DNA of 51,738 nt, taken from contig CAZVUD010000005.1 of assembly GCA_964629615.1 (NCBI GenBank), positions 1-51,738 on the forward strand. The letters are read 5' to 3'. Position 1 is the first letter of the stretch. Every line of letters begins with the position of its first letter. The position numbers and the translations under genes were made by a program. Below the pieces are notes generated by a model, which had not been told where the DNA came from, did not search any database, and saw only the letters and a program-made list of their open reading frames with translations. The stretch comes from an uncultured Clostridium sp. (GTDB lineage Bacteria; Bacillota; Clostridia; Oscillospirales; CAG-272). Below, one piece after another: positions 47,661 to 51,738 of this stretch.

Positions 47661-49043
47661 TCACTTTAGAAATCTTCGTACAAGTTTTTCGTATGTCTTG
47701 CTGTTATAGGGTGCATAGCGCATGGGGAGATCTATAAGCGTGCTCTTTTTAACAATAGATCGCTTGTGCGAAAAGGCATCAAATCCCGCCTTTCCGTGAT
47801 AAGAGCCCATACCGCTCTCACCGACTCCTCCGAATCCCATATAGGATGTGGCAAGATGTATCACAACATCATTTATGCATCCGCCGCCACACCTCACGCT
47901 TTGAGTCACCGCATCGATATTTTTTCGGTCGCGTGAAAAGATATATAGTGCCAAGGGATATGCATTCTCAGATATGATGCTTATTGCCTCGTCAATGGAA
48001 TCAAATGGTATTATGGGCATAATAGGTCCGAATATCTCCTCACCCATCACCTTGTCATCAAGAGTTACATTATCCATCACCGTCGGAGCTATCTTGAGTA
48101 TCTCTCGGCTGTGCTCACCGCCGTATACGACCTTGTCAGCATCAATCAGACCCAATATGCGGTCAAAGTGCTTTTCATTTATGATCTTTCCGTAATTATC
48201 ATTTGAAAGCGGATGATCGCCGAACTGACGCTTTATCTCGCATATAACTTCTTCTATAAGCTTGTCCTTAATGCTTCTTTTGCAAAGGATATAGTCAGGA
48301 GCAACGCAGGTCTGACCGCAATTCAGATATTTGCCGAACACGATCCTACGCGCCGCAAGACTGATATCTGCGCTCTCATCTATTATGCAAGGACTTTTGC
48401 CTCCAAGCTCAAGCACAGCAGGAGTCAAGTGCACGGCAGTATGCGCCAGCACCTCGCGCCCAACACTCTTGCTTCCCGTAAAGAACACAAGATCAGATCT
48501 TTCAAGCAAGAGAGCCTTGTTCTCCTCCCTGCCCCCTTTTACTACGGCAACATAGCTCTTGTCAAAGCACTCGCTTATGATAACATCTATGACATCTGCC
48601 GTTGCAGGAGCATAAGCACTCGGCTTGAGTATAGCAGTATTGCCTGCCGCCAGCGCGTCCACAAGCGGCTCCATTGTCAAAAGAAACGGGTAGTTCCACG
48701 GACTCATTATAAGAGTGTTGCCGTAAGGCAGAGAAAGCGTGTAGCTGCGCGACGGGAATTGAGAGAGCGGCGTTCTCACCCTCTGCTTTTTTGAAAATTT
48801 CTTTATATGCTTCAGCATGTAGCTTATCTCAGACAGGGTCAATCCCACCTCACACATGAAGCTCTCATATCGGCTTTTTCCAAGATCCTTTGAAAGTGCG
48901 TCGTATATCTCGTCTTCATGCTTAAGTATGCTGTTATACAGCATCTTCAGATGCTTTATGCGGAAGCTTGTGTCAAGCACGGCACGCGTGCCGAAAAATT
49001 TTCTTTGACTCTCAAAGAGAGCCGATATCTCATTAGCTGTCAT
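47661..49043 (-). CDS. Aldehyde dehydrogenase (ALDH3-like)
   Basis: SPWNYP, KPS, FFTGS, LELGGKSP, GQTCVAPDY (catalytic Cys), EEIFGP, FGGVGESGMG.YHG. Confidence 0.96.
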   Translation of the reverse strand: MTANEISALFESQRKFFGTRAVLDTSFRIKHLKMLYNSILKHEDEIYDALSKDLGKSRYESFMCEVGLTLSEISYMLKHIKKFSKKQRVRTPLSQFPSRSYTLSLPYGNTLIMSPWNYPFLLTMEPLVDALAAGNTAILKPSAYAPATADVIDVIISECFDKSYVAVVKGGREENKALLLERSDLVFFTGSKSVGREVLAHTAVHLTPAVLELGGKSPCIIDESADISLAARRIVFGKYLNCGQTCVAPDYILCKRSIKDKLIEEVICEIKRQFGDHPLSNDNYGKIINEKHFDRILGLIDADKVVYGGEHSREILKIAPTVMDNVTLDDKVMGEEIFGPIMPIIPFDSIDEAISIISENAYPLALYIFSRDRKNIDAVTQSVRCGGGCINDVVIHLATSYMGFGGVGESGMGSYHGKAGFDAFSHKRSIVKKSTLIDLPMRYAPYNSKTYEKLVRRFLK

Positions 49044-49055
49044 TGCAATATGCCG

Positions 49056-50804
49056 TCAATCAATATAGTATTTTGCAAGATACTCGTTGAATTTCTTGTC
49101 AAACTCGGAATTATCGCGCTTGATGACCTTAAGTGCCTCGTGCGCATTCATGTTGTAATCATGCGCGTCGATTATACCGACAGCTATATTAGAGCAGTGG
49201 TCACTGACACGCTCGAAGTTTGTAAGCATGTCCGCCCAGATAAATCCGACCTCGACCGTGCACTCCCCGTTTCTGAGCCTGAGAACGTGACTGTCACGAA
49301 GTATGGACTTAAGTCTGTCTACAACCTGCTCAAGCGGCTCTACCTCATAGGCAAGCGCGATATCGTTTTCAATAAAGGCGCGCTCTGTTATATCAAGTAT
49401 CTCATCTACCGCTCCGCAGAGAGTGTTAAGCTCTCTCATAGCCGATTCGGAAAGCTTGATGTCCTTTTCGCGCATCTCTTCAACAGATTCAAGTATATTA
49501 ACCGCATGGTCGGATATGCGCTCAAAATCACCGATAGCCTTGAGCAATTTGGTAACGGTGGCGCTGTCCTCATCCGATGTCTGATTTTTGCTGAGCTTTG
49601 CTATATAAGTTCCGAGAACGTCCTCGTAATGGTCCGTGTCGTCCTCTATCTTGCGTATCTTTTCAGCTATTTCGGGCGTGTAGTTGTTTATCGCCTTTAT
49701 GCTGAGTTTAAATCCTTCAACTGCCTCTGTTGCCATTCTGCATGCGAGATTGCTGCTCTGTGCAAGCGCGATGGCAGGAGTAGCAAGAAGTCTGTCGTCA
49801 AGCTCAACAGTCTTTTCATCGCTCTTGCCCTCGGGCACGATCTTATACGCAAGCTTTTCAAGCAATGACGATGCAGGAAGCAGGATAGCCGTGCAGAGTA
49901 TGTTAAAGAGTGAATGGCATACCGCGATGCCGAGATGAGTAGCGGACTCTGACAGTATAGCAGGCTTAAGGATAGCTGAAAGCAAACTGAATACCGCAAG
50001 CCAGATCGCAGTTCCTATAACATTAAATGACAGATGCACCACAGCGGCGCGCTTTGCATTTTTGTTTGTGCCGAGCGATGAGAGCATTGCCGTTACGCAA
50101 GTACCTATATTCTGACCCATTATGATCGGAATTGCGGCGGCATAGGATACAGCTCCCGTAGCTGAAAGTGCCTGAAGTATACCGACAGACGCAGAGCTTG
50201 ACTGTATGATGCCTGTTACCAATGCGCCGACGATAACACCGAGTATGGGGTTTTTAAATGCCAAAAAGAGGTTTTGGAACTGAGGGATCTCAGCCAATCC
50301 CGAAACCGCGCTCGACATTGCATCCATACCAAACATAAGAGTTGCAAATCCGAGAAGTATAGTACCGACGTCTTTTTTCTTAGACGACTTCGAAAACATT
50401 GTAAATCCGATACCTATAAGTGCAAGTATCGGTGTGAATGAAGAGGGCTTGAGCAATCTCATAACGATATTATCACTGGATATTCCGCCAAGGCTGAGTA
50501 TCCATGCCGTTATGGTAGTTCCGATATTCGCGCCCATGATAATGCCTATGGACTGCTTTAGCGTCATGATCTTTGAGTTTACAAATCCGACTACCATGAC
50601 CGTCGTTGCCGACGAGCTCTGGATAACGGCAGTAACGCCCATACCCGTCAAAAATCCTTTGATCTTACTGTTGGTAAGCTTTCCAAGCAATGCCTTCAGT
50701 CCGTTACCTGCGCGTCTTTCAAGTCCCTCGCCCATTATGTTCATACCGAACAAAAACAGACACAGACCGCCTATGAGCGCAAGAGCATCAAAAATGTCAA
50801 ACAT
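49056..50804 (-). CDS. Na/Pi cotransporter family protein with PhoU-like C-terminal domains
   Basis: QSSSATT and QSSSAS repeats, GANIGTT and GQNIGTC, ERISDH and ERVSDH. Confidence 0.95.
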   Translation of the reverse strand: MFDIFDALALIGGLCLFLFGMNIMGEGLERRAGNGLKALLGKLTNSKIKGFLTGMGVTAVIQSSSATTVMVVGFVNSKIMTLKQSIGIIMGANIGTTITAWILSLGGISSDNIVMRLLKPSSFTPILALIGIGFTMFSKSSKKKDVGTILLGFATLMFGMDAMSSAVSGLAEIPQFQNLFLAFKNPILGVIVGALVTGIIQSSSASVGILQALSATGAVSYAAAIPIIMGQNIGTCVTAMLSSLGTNKNAKRAAVVHLSFNVIGTAIWLAVFSLLSAILKPAILSESATHLGIAVCHSLFNILCTAILLPASSLLEKLAYKIVPEGKSDEKTVELDDRLLATPAIALAQSSNLACRMATEAVEGFKLSIKAINNYTPEIAEKIRKIEDDTDHYEDVLGTYIAKLSKNQTSDEDSATVTKLLKAIGDFERISDHAVNILESVEEMREKDIKLSESAMRELNTLCGAVDEILDITERAFIENDIALAYEVEPLEQVVDRLKSILRDSHVLRLRNGECTVEVGFIWADMLTNFERVSDHCSNIAVGIIDAHDYNMNAHEALKVIKRDNSEFDKKFNEYLAKYYID

Positions 50805-51040
50805 AGTGTTCCTCCATATTAAAAATACGGTTATTTTTACGCAAACAAAGCTTGCCGCATAAATCCACGATCACAGTATAACACATAGAAATATAAATTA
50901 AAATCTTATTTTGTAAACAAACTGCCAATAAATATAAATATTTTTATCGCAAAGTGTATATTTTTTGTAAATTGGATCTTAAATAAAAGCAATGCAGAGA
51001 CAGCACCCTGAAATAGCGCCATCTCTGCCTTATTCTTTAT

Positions 51041-51445
51041 TTATTTATTTAAAAGTTCATCAGTAAGCCGCAATATCTCGGGAGCTATCCTCTCCCTCTC
51101 CTTTGTTACCATCGCATTGTATATCGGATATGCTATGCTTATCGTGATTATACCAATGATACCGATCACGATACCGATAAAAAATGAGTATTCTGAATAC
51201 TTTCCGAGTATCATGCTCAGATCCGTCATTGCAAGGCTCATGCCTATGCCAAGCACGAGCGAGCCTATAACACCTAAGGCTATGGCAACGGCTCTTGCCT
51301 TTTTGGTGACTCCCCTGTCAAGGCGGTGGAGCCTTTCAAGACTACTCTCTTCCTTAACGGAATATTTCTCGCGTATCCTTGATATCTCGGATGCTTCCTT
51401 TGCGGAATACGTATATGAAAAGCTGTTGTTGCTGTTATTATCCAT
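51041..51445 (-). CDS. Conserved hypothetical membrane protein (2 TM)
   Basis: F.YTYSA.E..EI..IR.KY...L..LD..V...A, two TMs, APEILRLTDEL. Confidence 0.8.
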   Translation of the reverse strand: MDNNSNNSFSYTYSAKEASEISRIREKYSVKEESSLERLHRLDRGVTKKARAVAIALGVIGSLVLGIGMSLAMTDLSMILGKYSEYSFFIGIVIGIIGIITISIAYPIYNAMVTKERERIAPEILRLTDELLNK

Positions 51446-51738
51446 TTATCTCTTCCTCTGAATTTAACCGTCTGAGCTTTTTGGTACTGCTGATTATCAT
51501 GTAGATCGACATAGTGATTATTCCGATCGTCAGCAGTCCGCCGCTAAGTCCCAGAAACATTTTTTTCGACATTTCCGTCAGCTCTCCCGTGCTGAATGTG
51601 GTGAGCATCGTCGATTCCAGCGTAAGCATGGAAAGGCTTGCCGCCGTAAGATTTACGGCTTTCGATGCCGAATACACGGGGCTGTGATATTTTCTGTATA
51701 CAAAGATATTGACTATCGCCACAGTAAAGGTTATAAAC
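51438..51738 (-). CDS. Hypothetical membrane protein, 5' truncated by window edge
   Basis: Frame open to the window end; hydrophobic segments; overlaps the next gene start. Confidence 0.75.
   Translation of the reverse strand, partial: FITFTVAIVNIFVYRKYHSPVYSASKAVNLTAASLSMLTLESTMLTTFSTGELTEMSKKMFLGLSGGLLTIGIITMSIYMIISSTKKLRRLNSEEEING

Noticed and set aside
47332-47709. 125-aa plus-strand ORF with a repeated PSATCLHS peptide
   Set aside because: The peptide repeat is a by-product of the 31-bp DNA repeat at a 102-bp period; no RBS.

Overview
Chromosomal segment from a spore-forming Clostridia (Oscillospirales/Ruminococcaceae-like) bacterium; the taxonomy is inferred from gene content and synteny. 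Most genes lie on the minus strand and are housekeeping: a truncated tRNA-Val, rplS with its leader, yebC, argS, the nusB-tsaD-like-xseAB-ispA-PAP2-tlyA-nadK-argR-recN block, a DinG-type helicase, mecA, udg, mazG-hup-yabOPQ-divIC, uvrBA, PPi-PFK, cysE, an amidase, intact sigK, spoVAD/E, udp, a feoAB locus, an aldehyde dehydrogenase and a Na/Pi cotransporter. The strongest candidate for an undescribed system is an isolated, intact, translationally coupled three-gene cassette at 30530-32573. It encodes podovirus-type adaptor-like and nozzle-like proteins plus an unannotated 49-aa ORF, and no other phage genes are visible in the window. It has its own promoter and a 5' leader of two tandem hairpins with an identical 8-nt loop, suggesting a domesticated phage module (possibly part of a split GTA-like system). 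Other notable items are four GTTAG-N6-CTAAC boxes and a branched RNA-like structure in the feo locus, two genes broken by single lesions, and several REP-like intergenic repeats. All family assignments come from motif recognition by eye; no database searches were run.
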